From positions 8,258 to 72,257 of the forward strand of contig JAFRHR010000060.1 in the NCBI GenBank assembly GCA_017433195.1: DNA of 64,000 nt, in the 5' to 3' direction. Positions 1-9,235 of the stretch are shown piece after piece. The notes beneath the pieces are model-generated. The model searched no databases. It was not told the DNA's origin and saw nothing but the letters and a program-made list of their open reading frames with translations. A program made the translations under genes and the position numbers. Each line of letters begins with the position of its first letter. Within the stretch, counting starts at the first letter, position 1. Source of the DNA: a bacterium (GTDB lineage Bacteria; Cyanobacteriota; Vampirovibrionia; Gastranaerophilales; Gastranaerophilaceae).

Positions 1-1
1 A

Positions 2-229
2 ATTCCCGAAGATAAAAATGCAAAAAAGGTAAGTAATTTTTCGGAAGAAATTAAGTCATTAAATCCCAAGTATCGGATTAAGTCTCCAAAAGAAATAAAA
101 GAAATGCTTGTAAGTGAAAACTTAAGACTCATTTATGTTGCAGTTACAAGAGCAAGAAAAAAACTTTTTATTACGACAACGGAAAATGATACTGCAAATT
201 TTGTTCTTTCACGATTATTTTCTTTGTAA
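2..229 (+). CDS. 3' end of a UvrD/PcrA/Rep-type (SF1) helicase, truncated by the window edge
   Basis: Frame 2 reads ...ENLRLIYVAVTRARKKLFITT...RLFSL*. The VAVTRAR block is SF1 helicase motif VI. Stop TAA at 227-229. Confidence 0.6.
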   Translation: MPEDKNAKKVSNFSEEIKSLNPKYRIKSPKEIKEMLVSENLRLIYVAVTRARKKLFITTTENDTANFVLSRLFSL

Positions 230-311
230 AAGTTATGTAATATTCTTTTAAAAAGTTAATGACAAATTTTTTTAATTTGAGTATGATAATTATAGGTTTT
301 TGGGGGCCGAT

Positions 312-785
312 ATGGAAAACAATACAAATGCAATAAGTTCCAAAAAAAGCGTTTTTTCAACAGCTGAAGATACATTTTCAACCTTATCTGTTGCGGCTAT
401 GCTTGCAAAAAGTGCGGTTCCGTATTCTCATAAAAGAGCTGCCGATAACTATGTTGTTATAAAAAATATTTATGGTTTTCATGCGGCTCAGGGCCAGATT
501 TCACTTGCAGAAAAAACTCTTTTAAAGAAATATGACTTTAATACTCTTGAAGCTACTACGATGAAGCAAATGACAGACGAATTAAAGTATTTAAAAGAGT
601 GGGCAAATTCACCTAATGCAGCCCTTAAAAAAGACGCTGATACTATAATTCAGATAAGAGCTAAAGAATTAAAATTCCTTTCTTCAAGCCAGTATGTTAC
701 TGTTTCAAACGAGGTTTATAACGGATATTTGGCTTTAGAAAGATATTTTGAAGAAATTACAAAATTTTATTCATCAATTTATTAA
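312..785 (+). CDS. hypothetical protein
   Basis: Long ORF. ATG at 312 follows a GGGGG Shine-Dalgarno-like run. No recognisable family. Confidence 0.4.
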   Translation: MENNTNAISSKKSVFSTAEDTFSTLSVAAMLAKSAVPYSHKRAADNYVVIKNIYGFHAAQGQISLAEKTLLKKYDFNTLEATTMKQMTDELKYLKEWANSPNAALKKDADTIIQIRAKELKFLSSSQYVTVSNEVYNGYLALERYFEEITKFYSSIY

Positions 786-847
786 GATTTTTTAATAAAC
801 TGGCAAAAAATTTTTTCACGGTTTTTATATAAGTGAAGGTACAAAAA

Positions 848-1615
848 ATGACCATACAGAGTATTCAAACATCAAATATATCAAAAACGGCATTTACGTC
901 AGATGTTCAGACAGAAAAACGTGATGACCTTTCTGTTGGTCAAAAAGTCGGAATTGCTGCAACAACAGCTTTGGGTGTAGGAACTGCTGTCGTAGGCATG
1001 GCAAAATTAAATAAATTTCCGATTAATCCTAAGACTTTATTAAAAACTCCTTTGAAAGATACGTTTTTAAATAAACAGGAATACTTTGAAAAAGAAGTTA
1101 TAGCAATGGGACTTGGTTCTTGCGCAGGCGGTTTGGCAGGTGGTGCTATATTTGATAAGAAAGAAAATTTACCTGCTAAAAAGCGAGAAGCCGTTGTTCA
1201 GCTTTGTAATGCCGCTACTCCTATTTTGTTTGTAGGTGCAGGTGCTCGTTTGGCTGATAAATTTACTCCTGCTTTAAAGAAATTTGTTAAACCTGTTACC
1301 GATAAAATGAATTTAGGTGCAGGCATGAAGAAGGTTATAGGTGTTACCCCGAAAATTGCAGCATCACTTACCGGACTTGGGGTAGGTATGTTAATCGGAA
1401 ATAAACTTTCTCACGTTATAAATAACAAATTATTCGGAGAAAAAGAAGACAGACCTGTTTCAATAAAAGATTTATGCGCTCACACAGATGATATGTGCGA
1501 AATGGCATCATTTATTTCAACAACTAACCCTGTTATTCATGCCGTTTCGAGAATTATTCCTGTTGCAATGATGGTTCCGGGGTTAGAAACAGGAAAAGCA
1601 CAGTCTAAAGAATAA
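848..1615 (+). CDS. hypothetical Gly/Ala-rich membrane protein
   Basis: ORF with several hydrophobic Gly-rich segments (GLGSCAGGLAGGAIF, LTGLGVGMLIG). ATG at 848 follows GAAGG. A GTG at 833 is an alternative start. Confidence 0.4.
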   Translation: MTIQSIQTSNISKTAFTSDVQTEKRDDLSVGQKVGIAATTALGVGTAVVGMAKLNKFPINPKTLLKTPLKDTFLNKQEYFEKEVIAMGLGSCAGGLAGGAIFDKKENLPAKKREAVVQLCNAATPILFVGAGARLADKFTPALKKFVKPVTDKMNLGAGMKKVIGVTPKIAASLTGLGVGMLIGNKLSHVINNKLFGEKEDRPVSIKDLCAHTDDMCEMASFISTTNPVIHAVSRIIPVAMMVPGLETGKAQSKE

Positions 1616-1626
1616 ATATAAAAGCA

Positions 1627-2874
1627 TTAAACGTTAAGAACTGAGCAGATGTCTTTTCTGTATTGTTTTCCGCTGTAATTGATTAAATCTATAGCATCGT
1701 AGAGATCACTTTTTGCTTTGGATATAGTTTTTGCAAATGCAGTTACAACAAGCGTATTTCCGCCTGTCGTTTCGTATTCAAGGTATTCATTTTTTCTCGT
1801 ATTAAAATGAGCAATTTTTATGTTGTCGTCAATTGCAGAATCAATCCCTTTTATTATCTGTCCGGCAGTTCCAGCAGAAAGCACACAGGACAGTGCATAG
1901 TCGTCTTTTAGCCTGATGTAATCGTAATTATCAGAGAACGAGCCGATTACACATTCTTCAAACAGATGGCAGATATCTTCATCGATAAGTTCAAGAATCC
2001 CCTGAGCATCGTGGTCTTTGAAGAATGTGTTAAATTCCAAGGCGGAAATAGTGTTATCAGATTCAATAACTCCGTCTAAACCAAGTATTCCGCAATAAGG
2101 TTTGCCCTGTGCTTCCAATTCGTCTAATACAGGGAAAATTATTTCCTGCATAAGGAAGTTTTCCTGTTCGATTGTTAATTTGTAATTTGGAGAGCATGCG
2201 CCCATGCCTGCGGTAAGAAGTCCGCCGTCTCCGTCTAATGCAAATTTATAATTGTTAAGACTTCCGATAGGAAGTGCTTTATACCCATCTGTTATAACGT
2301 AGAAAGAAAATTCATCGCCATAGATAAAGTCTTCTATTACCAATCTTTTTTCGCCGCGCATGAAACTTTCTTCAATAAAGTTTCTTGCAATAGTCTGGCT
2401 GCTGCAGATTTGCATGCCGTTAATTTTTCTGTATTCATCCGTTTTTATAACAACAGGCATTGTACATTTTGTTTTTATGTAATCAACTGCATATTGCGGT
2501 TTATCAAAAATTCCGAATTTTGGTGACGGGAGTTTTAATTTATACATAAACTTCTTTGCCACAGATTTGGATGTTGCAACGGTTTCCGCAGCTTCTGCTG
2601 ACGGGGCAAAAATCATTTGTTCATTGTTTGAAAATAATGTCGCAATATCAGATTTAATTGACTCTTCAGATGAGGCAATTGTCATGTCTATAGAATTTTC
2701 AAGCGCAAATTCCAAAAGTTCTGTCGCATTATTTTCTCTGATATCAACAGTTTCGGCAAATTCTTTTATTGCATCGTTTCCGGGTGCAACAAAGATGTTG
2801 TTATCTTTTGATAACAGTTTTGCCAAAGCGTACTCTTTTGCCGAACTTCCTACAATTAAAATATTTTTACCCAT
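1627..2874 (-). CDS. purD: phosphoribosylamine--glycine ligase
   Basis: 415 aa. N-terminal ILIVGSS.KEYALAKLL...VFVAPGN, an ATP-grasp core and a C-terminal ...YRKDI tail, typical of PurD. Confidence 0.75.
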   Translation of the reverse strand: MGKNILIVGSSAKEYALAKLLSKDNNIFVAPGNDAIKEFAETVDIRENNATELLEFALENSIDMTIASSEESIKSDIATLFSNNEQMIFAPSAEAAETVATSKSVAKKFMYKLKLPSPKFGIFDKPQYAVDYIKTKCTMPVVIKTDEYRKINGMQICSSQTIARNFIEESFMRGEKRLVIEDFIYGDEFSFYVITDGYKALPIGSLNNYKFALDGDGGLLTAGMGACSPNYKLTIEQENFLMQEIIFPVLDELEAQGKPYCGILGLDGVIESDNTISALEFNTFFKDHDAQGILELIDEDICHLFEECVIGSFSDNYDYIRLKDDYALSCVLSAGTAGQIIKGIDSAIDDNIKIAHFNTRKNEYLEYETTGGNTLVVTAFAKTISKAKSDLYDAIDLINYSGKQYRKDICSVLNV

Positions 2875-2924
2875 AACTTGATTATACAGTATTTAATCAT
2901 TCTGTAAAAGTTTTTTATAAAATT

Positions 2925-3353
2925 TTATTTTAATATGTCGTCAGTTATATCCTGTCCTCCGTATAACAGAACGCTTTTTGCAAATACATAGTCAAACCCT
3001 TTTTCTTTTGCTTTTGTCTGAATCTGCTTTTTTATTGAGTTTTCGGTTTCTGATAATTTTTTTGCGTATTCTTCATCAATTTTGTTCTTTTTTTGGTTGA
3101 ATTCTAATCTGTACTTTTCTTCTGTCGCCATCATTTTGTTTATGTCGGTTTCTTTTTCGAGTTCTTTTTGGGCATTGAGTATAATTTTATTCAGTTCGCT
3201 GATTTTTGTCTCATGCTCTGTTTTTAATTTTTGTACCTGAGGTGATCTGTCGACAATTTTTTGTAAATCAACAACGGCAATATCTTCAGCGGCATAAACA
3301 CACTGATTAAGTAATGAGTATGAAATCAGGCATATTAAAAGTATTTTCTTCAT
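2925..3353 (-). CDS. OmpH/Skp-like periplasmic chaperone
   Basis: Signal peptide MKKILLICLISYSLL..VYA, then VVDLQKI...SPQVQ and a long K/E-rich helical region. Size (142 aa) and pattern match the Skp family. Confidence 0.6.
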   Translation of the reverse strand: MKKILLICLISYSLLNQCVYAAEDIAVVDLQKIVDRSPQVQKLKTEHETKISELNKIILNAQKELEKETDINKMMATEEKYRLEFNQKKNKIDEEYAKKLSETENSIKKQIQTKAKEKGFDYVFAKSVLLYGGQDITDDILK

Positions 3354-3593
3354 AGTTACCTCCTACATGCTGATTATGGGGTAAAATTCGAAAAAATATA
3401 TTAGTCACATGTGCAAAAAAAAACAGGTTGGTCCCCCTCCCTGTTAAGATTTTACACTAGCCGAAATATAAATAGCATGATTATTATACCTTGTTTTTAG
3501 ATTATTGACAAATATATTAAACAAAATGTAACAAATTTAATAAAAAGCTTTGTTGAAAGTGAAGTTTTAAACATTCATATTTATTTACATCAA

Positions 3594-3620
3594 TAAAAAA
3601 GAGTGACAAAAGTCACTCCG
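3594..3620 (-). terminator. rho-independent terminator after 3677..3913
   Basis: Minus strand reads GGAGTGAC-TTTT-GTCACTC followed by TTTTTT. Confidence 0.5.
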
Positions 3621-3676
3621 AATAAATACGAGTTATAATTTTTAATATAAATTTAGGATATATGATATATGAATTT

Positions 3677-3913
3677 TTAACTTAAAATACTTGCGTTATA
3701 CTTGGCGTTTTTGGTATTAACCCCATAGCAGGCAACACTCAGTCTCCTTGAAAGACCAATATAGTTTCTTAAATTGTAAGAATTGTAGCTCATGGCATTC
3801 AGAACTTCCTCCGGCGGAATTACTGATTCCCTCATTTCATGGTTATCTACCTGAATTTCTGAATATTTCTGTACTAACATTTGATCAATGTAGTCTTGTG
3901 CGCCAATCGCCAT
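3677..3913 (-). CDS. small orphan protein, paralogue A (78 aa)
   Basis: ATG preceded by AGGGGGA. Paralogous to 4256..4498 (MAIGA.DYID..LV.KYS..QVDNHE...RLS.ACYG.N). Confidence 0.5.
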   Translation of the reverse strand: MAIGAQDYIDQMLVQKYSEIQVDNHEMRESVIPPEEVLNAMSYNSYNLRNYIGLSRRLSVACYGVNTKNAKYNASILS

Positions 3914-4255
3914 GATTGTCCCCCTAAATTCGTTCCTGTGTTTTAGTTTTTGAGTGTTTAATACCAGGTGTTTTTACTTTTATACCGGATTTTGTTTAGT
4001 TTTGCCCTTTTTATTCAAGGCATTTTTACTGTCTTATTTGATTCGGATATATACCGCTATCATGGTACGTTTACTGTTTTGTTTTTTTGTATTGTTCCTA
4101 ATTTCCTGTCTTTGAAGCTGTTTTAAGCCTCAAGTTTCGTCCTTAAAAAATATGCCCTTATTTCCTATGTATATATAAAGTATATACAAAAGAAATAATT
4201 GCCTTTTTATTTCCTTTTGTAAAGAAATCGTTACAAATTAAAAAGACAGTTTACC

Positions 4256-4498
4256 TTATCCCGCAAAAGAAGCACCATTTGTGTATCTTGCGGTTCTGGC
4301 ATTAATCCCGTAACAAGCCATTGATAAACGATTTGATAAATTGAACATACTCCTTTGAATAGCAGCATAGTCGTTCATAGTTTCCATCATTTTTTCAGGA
4401 TCAACCATTGATTCAATCGGCTCATGGTTATCCACTTGCTGCTTAGAGTATTTTTTGACAAGCAATTTGTCAATGTAGTCTTTTGCTCCAATTGCCAT
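4256..4498 (-). CDS. small orphan protein, paralogue B (80 aa)
   Basis: Internal ATG at 4498 (MAIGAKDYID...) is preceded by GGAG 6 nt upstream and aligns with the start of paralogue A. The longest ORF extends to 4531. Confidence 0.5.
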   Translation of the reverse strand: MAIGAKDYIDKLLVKKYSKQQVDNHEPIESMVDPEKMMETMNDYAAIQRSMFNLSNRLSMACYGINARTARYTNGASFAG

Positions 4499-4619
4499 AA
4501 TAAACTCCGAATATATAATTGTACCTTTCATATATATAAAGTTTTTTTCTGCACAATAATTGCCAGAACTCTAATTTTATTAACAAAAATTAACAGATTA
4601 AAAGTTTCTAAATTCAAAA

Positions 4620-5150
4620 TTAATCAAACGGTTCCATTATGCAGGTAATTTTTAATTGTTCTGCAATATATGAAGTCGGCATTTGTTTTGTATACATTTT
4701 AAATTTTTTGATTTCCGTATTATATTTTTCGACATTTGTATTGAAATCACCACGCAATCTTTCGAAGAAATCCGTATACCTCATAACTATAGGAGAACTT
4801 ATCATTGCAGGCTTATTTTTTGATTCCACAACAACTGCTTCTATTTTTTTAAACAAATTTTTTGCTATTCTGTACCTTGTTTTGGAGTTTTTAAAACAAT
4901 TCTGTACCTTTGCCAATGAATCTATTATTGATTTTATTTCAACATTCTTCACTTTATCTATAAGAGACTCTCCTACCAAAACACTAATATAACTGGGGGC
5001 AATATCAATTAAGGCATCTATGGACTTATTAATTCTGACCAAATGTTCATACGAATGATCTTTACATGAATTAAGTTCAATATAACTAAGCCATAGAAAA
5101 CCTACCGGCGATAAAATTATTAAACATATTATAAGAAACAATAATGCCAT
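4620..5150 (-). CDS. LemA-like membrane protein (tentative)
   Basis: N-terminal TM helix, 176 aa. C-terminal ...VEKYNTEIKKF....P..IAEQL resembles the LemA YN..V..YN..I..FP motif. Confidence 0.4.
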   Translation of the reverse strand: MALLFLIICLIILSPVGFLWLSYIELNSCKDHSYEHLVRINKSIDALIDIAPSYISVLVGESLIDKVKNVEIKSIIDSLAKVQNCFKNSKTRYRIAKNLFKKIEAVVVESKNKPAMISSPIVMRYTDFFERLRGDFNTNVEKYNTEIKKFKMYTKQMPTSYIAEQLKITCIMEPFD

Positions 5151-5224
5151 ATATAAAAGTACCTGAATATTCAGATAAATTATAACATTAATTTATAAAA
5201 ATTAGCCCCTCTATATACTTGATA

Positions 5225-5926
5225 TTAAGATTTTTTTCCAACATGAATATGTGGTTTTATATTTATCATTTTTTGAATACTTTCATCCATTTCCGGAAAA
5301 ACGTCTTTTACTTCAGGGTTCAACGCATTTATCATTGAATAAAATCCCTGATCATAACCCGATATATAAAATCCTAATTTTTTGTACATATGAATAAGGC
5401 TTTTATTTGTACAATCAACATCTAACGTCAGACAATCGAAATCTTTTGATTTTTCTTTTATAAAAGAAAAAATCGTTTTTAACGTATCATAAGATGTTTT
5501 TGTTTTATGAAACTTTTCAGGGACGCACATTTCTGCTATATATAACTGCCTGTAAAATTTTTTATCAGGCTTGTTTTCATACAAATGAAACGCCCCGGTA
5601 ATTTCGTTGTTTTCATTTTTTATAAGATATTGCCCCCTTTTTACTTTTTTCAGTTTGGCATCCAAAAGCAAAACCTGTCTTATCGGTTTATCTAAAATTG
5701 TCATTTTAAATTCTTTCTCAATAGTTCTGTTAAAGGCTCTTAAATCTTCCTTAGTCTCGCATTTTTGAATTTTTAAACCATACTCATTAAAACCACCTGA
5801 AGATTTTACAAAAACATCAGATTTCGGCTCATTTATCTTTGCAGCAAACGGAATACTTCGAAAACTTATTACGTTTCGCGCATTTTGAATATTATAAACT
5901 TCTGCGGGGCAAATACCTGAAATCAT
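5225..5926 (-). CDS. GNAT-like acetyltransferase with an N-terminal extension (tentative)
   Basis: C-terminal half (...LYIAEMCV...LTLDVDCTNKSLIHMYKKLGFYISG) resembles the GNAT fold. The Q/RxxGxG motif is not clear. Confidence 0.35.
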   Translation of the reverse strand: MISGICPAEVYNIQNARNVISFRSIPFAAKINEPKSDVFVKSSGGFNEYGLKIQKCETKEDLRAFNRTIEKEFKMTILDKPIRQVLLLDAKLKKVKRGQYLIKNENNEITGAFHLYENKPDKKFYRQLYIAEMCVPEKFHKTKTSYDTLKTIFSFIKEKSKDFDCLTLDVDCTNKSLIHMYKKLGFYISGYDQGFYSMINALNPEVKDVFPEMDESIQKMINIKPHIHVGKKS

Positions 5927-5938
5927 TTTTTTAGAATT

Positions 5939-6235
5939 TTATTTTTTGATAAATTTAGCTGCCATTTCAAGCCCGTAGTTAAGAGCAAATGTTAAAGCAG
6001 TACCCATTGCGGCTGAAGTTGCAGTTGATTTTAATCTTGCTTTATTAAAAGTTGCCTTTACCTGATCCGGAGTCATATACTCATCACCATTACCGGTCAT
6101 GATTTTTCCGCCGTTTTCGGCAGCTACTCTGTTAACTTCTGTCATTTGTTTTTTAATCTGACGTGTTGCTGAAATATAAGACAAACCGCCTGTTAATGCT
6201 CCACATGCTAATGATACTGTTGCTAAACTTGCCAT
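5939..6235 (-). CDS. small Gly/Ala-rich membrane protein
   Basis: 98 aa with hydrophobic N- and C-terminal segments. Co-directional with neighbouring genes. Confidence 0.35.
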   Translation of the reverse strand: MASLATVSLACGALTGGLSYISATRQIKKQMTEVNRVAAENGGKIMTGNGDEYMTPDQVKATFNKARLKSTATSAAMGTALTFALNYGLEMAAKFIKK

Positions 6236-6327
6236 ACACTGTTCTCCTTATATTTCTGCACACTAATACAAAACGCATAAATATATTTTTTTGCTATTTT
6301 TTGCCCAAAAATAAAGTTTTATTACGA

Positions 6328-8283
6328 TTATTTTTCGTTGAACATTTTTGAAATTATTTCTTTATATTTATCAAAAATCTGATTTCTTTTCATTTTCAAC
6401 GTATGACTCAACATACCGTTATCAGTTCTGAAAGAATCTTTAATAACTTCAAACTGTTTGATTTTTTCAAACGCTTTTAAGTTTGGCTTATTTTTAATGT
6501 ATGTATTTATTTCATGTTTAATCAAAGCTCTTAATGTCGGGTTTTTAATTGCAAGGTTTTTACCTTTATTAAAGTCTCTTGCCAACATTCCGCATTTTTC
6601 AAGAGCTTCTTCAGACGGAACAACCAAAGCTCCCAAGTTTTGTTCATCCTGTCCTACAAGCACGATCTGTGCGATGTAAGGACTTTCAAGACAAGCATCT
6701 TCTATCGGAACCGGCTCAACGTTTTCACCGCTCGATAAAACAATGGTTTCTTTGAGACGACCGACAATAACGAGGTTATTATCATTAGTAAGCCATCCCA
6801 AATCACCTGTATTAAACCAGCCGTCTTCTCTTAAAACAGCCCTTGTTGCTTCTTCATTTTTGTAGTAACCGTTCATAACCTGAGGTCCTCTTGCAAAAAT
6901 CAGACCTTTTGTGAACGTTCCCAAATCTTCAAAAGTTTCAGGATCAACTATTTTCAGCTCTGTTCCCATAATAGGTTTACCTGCAGAACCCAAATAGTTT
7001 TTATCGTTGACACATCTCAAAGTCAAAACAGGAGAAGTTTCAGTCAAACCGTAACCTATTCTGAGATTTACGCCAATTGCATCATAGAACAATTCGTCTT
7101 TTGATGATAACGAACCGCCGCCTGAAATTGATGCTCTGAAGTTTAAACCTGCCGCATCTTTAATTTTTTTGTAAATAGTTCTGCTGAACAAAACATGGAG
7201 CGGTTTAATAAATGAACGCATAAATCTGTGGTACAGACTGCTTGTCCATTTGTATCTTCCTTTTTTGTTGGTTATTCTCTTTTCACTGTACATTTTGTGT
7301 ACTTTGTAGAAAATACTTAATCTTATTGCAAAATCGAAGATAAAATATCCGAGTTTTGAAGTTTGTTTTAACTTCTGATAGATACCTAATCTCATTGCTT
7401 CCCAAATTCTCGGAACTGACATAAACGTATCAACCTGATATTTTATCAGGTCATTTTTCAAAGATGAGATGTTGGTAAAGTGCATATGGCATCCGCACAT
7501 CATATATAAGTGCTGAGCGATAAATTCGTATGTATGCCATATCGGAAGAATTTGAAGTGTATTTTCACCTGCCGTTGCCATAAATCCCAAATCAACGGCT
7601 GGTAACTGAGATGCAATATTACTGTGAGTAATCAAAACACCTTTCGGCATTGCAGTTGTTCCTGATGTGTAAAACATTACGCAAGGATCTGTTAATTCCT
7701 GCTCGGGTTTTACAAATTCATGGTTTCTTCCTCTTTCCAAAATTTCATCAAAAGAATAAACAGGATAACCCAAATCGTTGTAGTCGTTTTCCTTAAACAT
7801 AATTACAACAAAATTAAGATTATGATTACCCAAATATGGAATTAAATTCCTGAAAGTCTTTTCATTCTGAACAACAAGTGCTTTTGCATCACTGTGAGAT
7901 AAGACGTAATCGAGTTCCTCTAACGGAGCATTTGACCCTCTGAGAACAGCTATTGCACCGCATCTTAAAATCCCGTGACAAACCGGCATAAATCTTCCGT
8001 TTGATTCACTGAAGAGTCCTACAAAGTCCCCTTTTTGTATCCCTAAACTCTGCAAGCCGGAAGCAAATAATCCCATTTGTTCAAGTAATTGAGCAAAAGT
8101 CAATGAAACTTTTGAATATTCGTCAGTTATTGCCATCAGGTCAGGATATCTGCCTGCTTTTCTTTCTACATAATCATTCAGCGATTTTACATCTCCCAAT
8201 TGTTCTCTTATGTATTCACGGTCTTTTAAAATATCTTCACTAACTCCGATTAAATTATCCTGCACTTTTTCTTCTGTAATCAC
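6328..8283 (-). CDS. AMP-forming long-chain acyl-CoA/acyl-ACP synthetase
   Basis: AMP-binding motif FYTSGTTAMPKGV, GYGLTETS, and GDLGW...GRLKETIVLSSGENVEP. GTG start. Confidence 0.85.
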   Translation of the reverse strand: MITEEKVQDNLIGVSEDILKDREYIREQLGDVKSLNDYVERKAGRYPDLMAITDEYSKVSLTFAQLLEQMGLFASGLQSLGIQKGDFVGLFSESNGRFMPVCHGILRCGAIAVLRGSNAPLEELDYVLSHSDAKALVVQNEKTFRNLIPYLGNHNLNFVVIMFKENDYNDLGYPVYSFDEILERGRNHEFVKPEQELTDPCVMFYTSGTTAMPKGVLITHSNIASQLPAVDLGFMATAGENTLQILPIWHTYEFIAQHLYMMCGCHMHFTNISSLKNDLIKYQVDTFMSVPRIWEAMRLGIYQKLKQTSKLGYFIFDFAIRLSIFYKVHKMYSEKRITNKKGRYKWTSSLYHRFMRSFIKPLHVLFSRTIYKKIKDAAGLNFRASISGGGSLSSKDELFYDAIGVNLRIGYGLTETSPVLTLRCVNDKNYLGSAGKPIMGTELKIVDPETFEDLGTFTKGLIFARGPQVMNGYYKNEEATRAVLREDGWFNTGDLGWLTNDNNLVIVGRLKETIVLSSGENVEPVPIEDACLESPYIAQIVLVGQDEQNLGALVVPSEEALEKCGMLARDFNKGKNLAIKNPTLRALIKHEINTYIKNKPNLKAFEKIKQFEVIKDSFRTDNGMLSHTLKMKRNQIFDKYKEIISKMFNEK

Positions 8284-8398
8284 ATTTACCTCAATCTAAT
8301 TTATTAAATAAATTCCCTAAATCTTATACTATAATAATATCTTAACCCCTTTAGTGTCAATGTTTTTTAAAGTATCTTGAAGACTGTTTCAAATAAAA

Positions 8399-9235
8399 TT
8401 AACGATTTGAAATTCTTCTTCTTATAACGGCATTCGCCCCCTGACACGAAATAAACAGCATATTTCCGTCAATATGCAAGCCGTACGGCTTATCTAAGCC
8501 TACGAGAAAATCAGTTAAAGCCCCGTTTCTTGTTATCTTCAAAACAGTTCCCGTGTTATAGTTTGAAACATATATGTTTCCTGCTTTATCTGCAACCAAG
8601 CTGACAGGTCCGCTTATTTTTTTGCTTTTAGCAAAAAGGATTCTTTTTCCTTCAGGCGTAATTTTTATAATACTGCTGTCTGAATAGCAGGCAATATAAA
8701 CATTTCCGTCTAAATCTGTTGTTATACCAGTCGGACTCTCTATATTTTCATAGTTTCCGCTGTTTTTATTAACCTTAGATTCAGGGTTATTTTCTGACGG
8801 AACTACTATATTTATATTCAGCTTTTCGGCCAACTCCATTGCTCTTGTGTAGTATTCGCTTGACGGAGGAATTAAAGACAAATATTCTTTTGCCTTATCG
8901 TACTCCCCGAGTTTTGAACTTATATTTGCCGCTTTGTAAATTGACTCATAGTCTTGCGGTTTTCTGACAATTATCTGCTTAAAAATTACCAATGCCTCGT
9001 CATACTGTCTCAAAAACTCATATATTGTACCCAAATTGTAATAAGCGTCAATATATTCAGGACAGAGTTTTATGGCATATTTGAAAGAGTCTATTGCCTT
9101 AACGTACATACCGAGTTTATAGAAATCCACACCCTCGTTGTATGCAAGTTTCGCATCAACAGGAACTTCCAGTGCCTTTACAGGCATTGCCAAAAATAAT
9201 AACAGTAAGAAAACTATAAATTTACTTTTCTTCAT
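8399..9235 (-). CDS. secreted TPR + NHL-repeat protein
   Basis: Signal peptide. TPR-like AYNEGVDFYKLGMYVKAIDSFKYAIKL.P.YIDAYYNLG. C-terminal NHL-like repeats (DLDGNVYIA, DKAGNIYVSN). Confidence 0.7.
   Translation of the reverse strand: MKKSKFIVFLLLLFLAMPVKALEVPVDAKLAYNEGVDFYKLGMYVKAIDSFKYAIKLCPEYIDAYYNLGTIYEFLRQYDEALVIFKQIIVRKPQDYESIYKAANISSKLGEYDKAKEYLSLIPPSSEYYTRAMELAEKLNINIVVPSENNPESKVNKNSGNYENIESPTGITTDLDGNVYIACYSDSSIIKITPEGKRILFAKSKKISGPVSLVADKAGNIYVSNYNTGTVLKITRNGALTDFLVGLDKPYGLHIDGNMLFISCQGANAVIRRRISNR

Noticed and set aside
5800-5880. A shared short motif [IL]SF[KRT][SG] in several orphan proteins (VISFRSIPF in 5225..5926, NLSFTSKINF in 59955..60581, NISFKGIAS in 31007..32275), considered as a possible sorting signal.
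   Set aside because: There are only three loose matches of a 4-5-residue pattern, at different positions in the proteins, within low-complexity AT-rich coding sequence. This is not distinguishable from chance without a genome-wide test.
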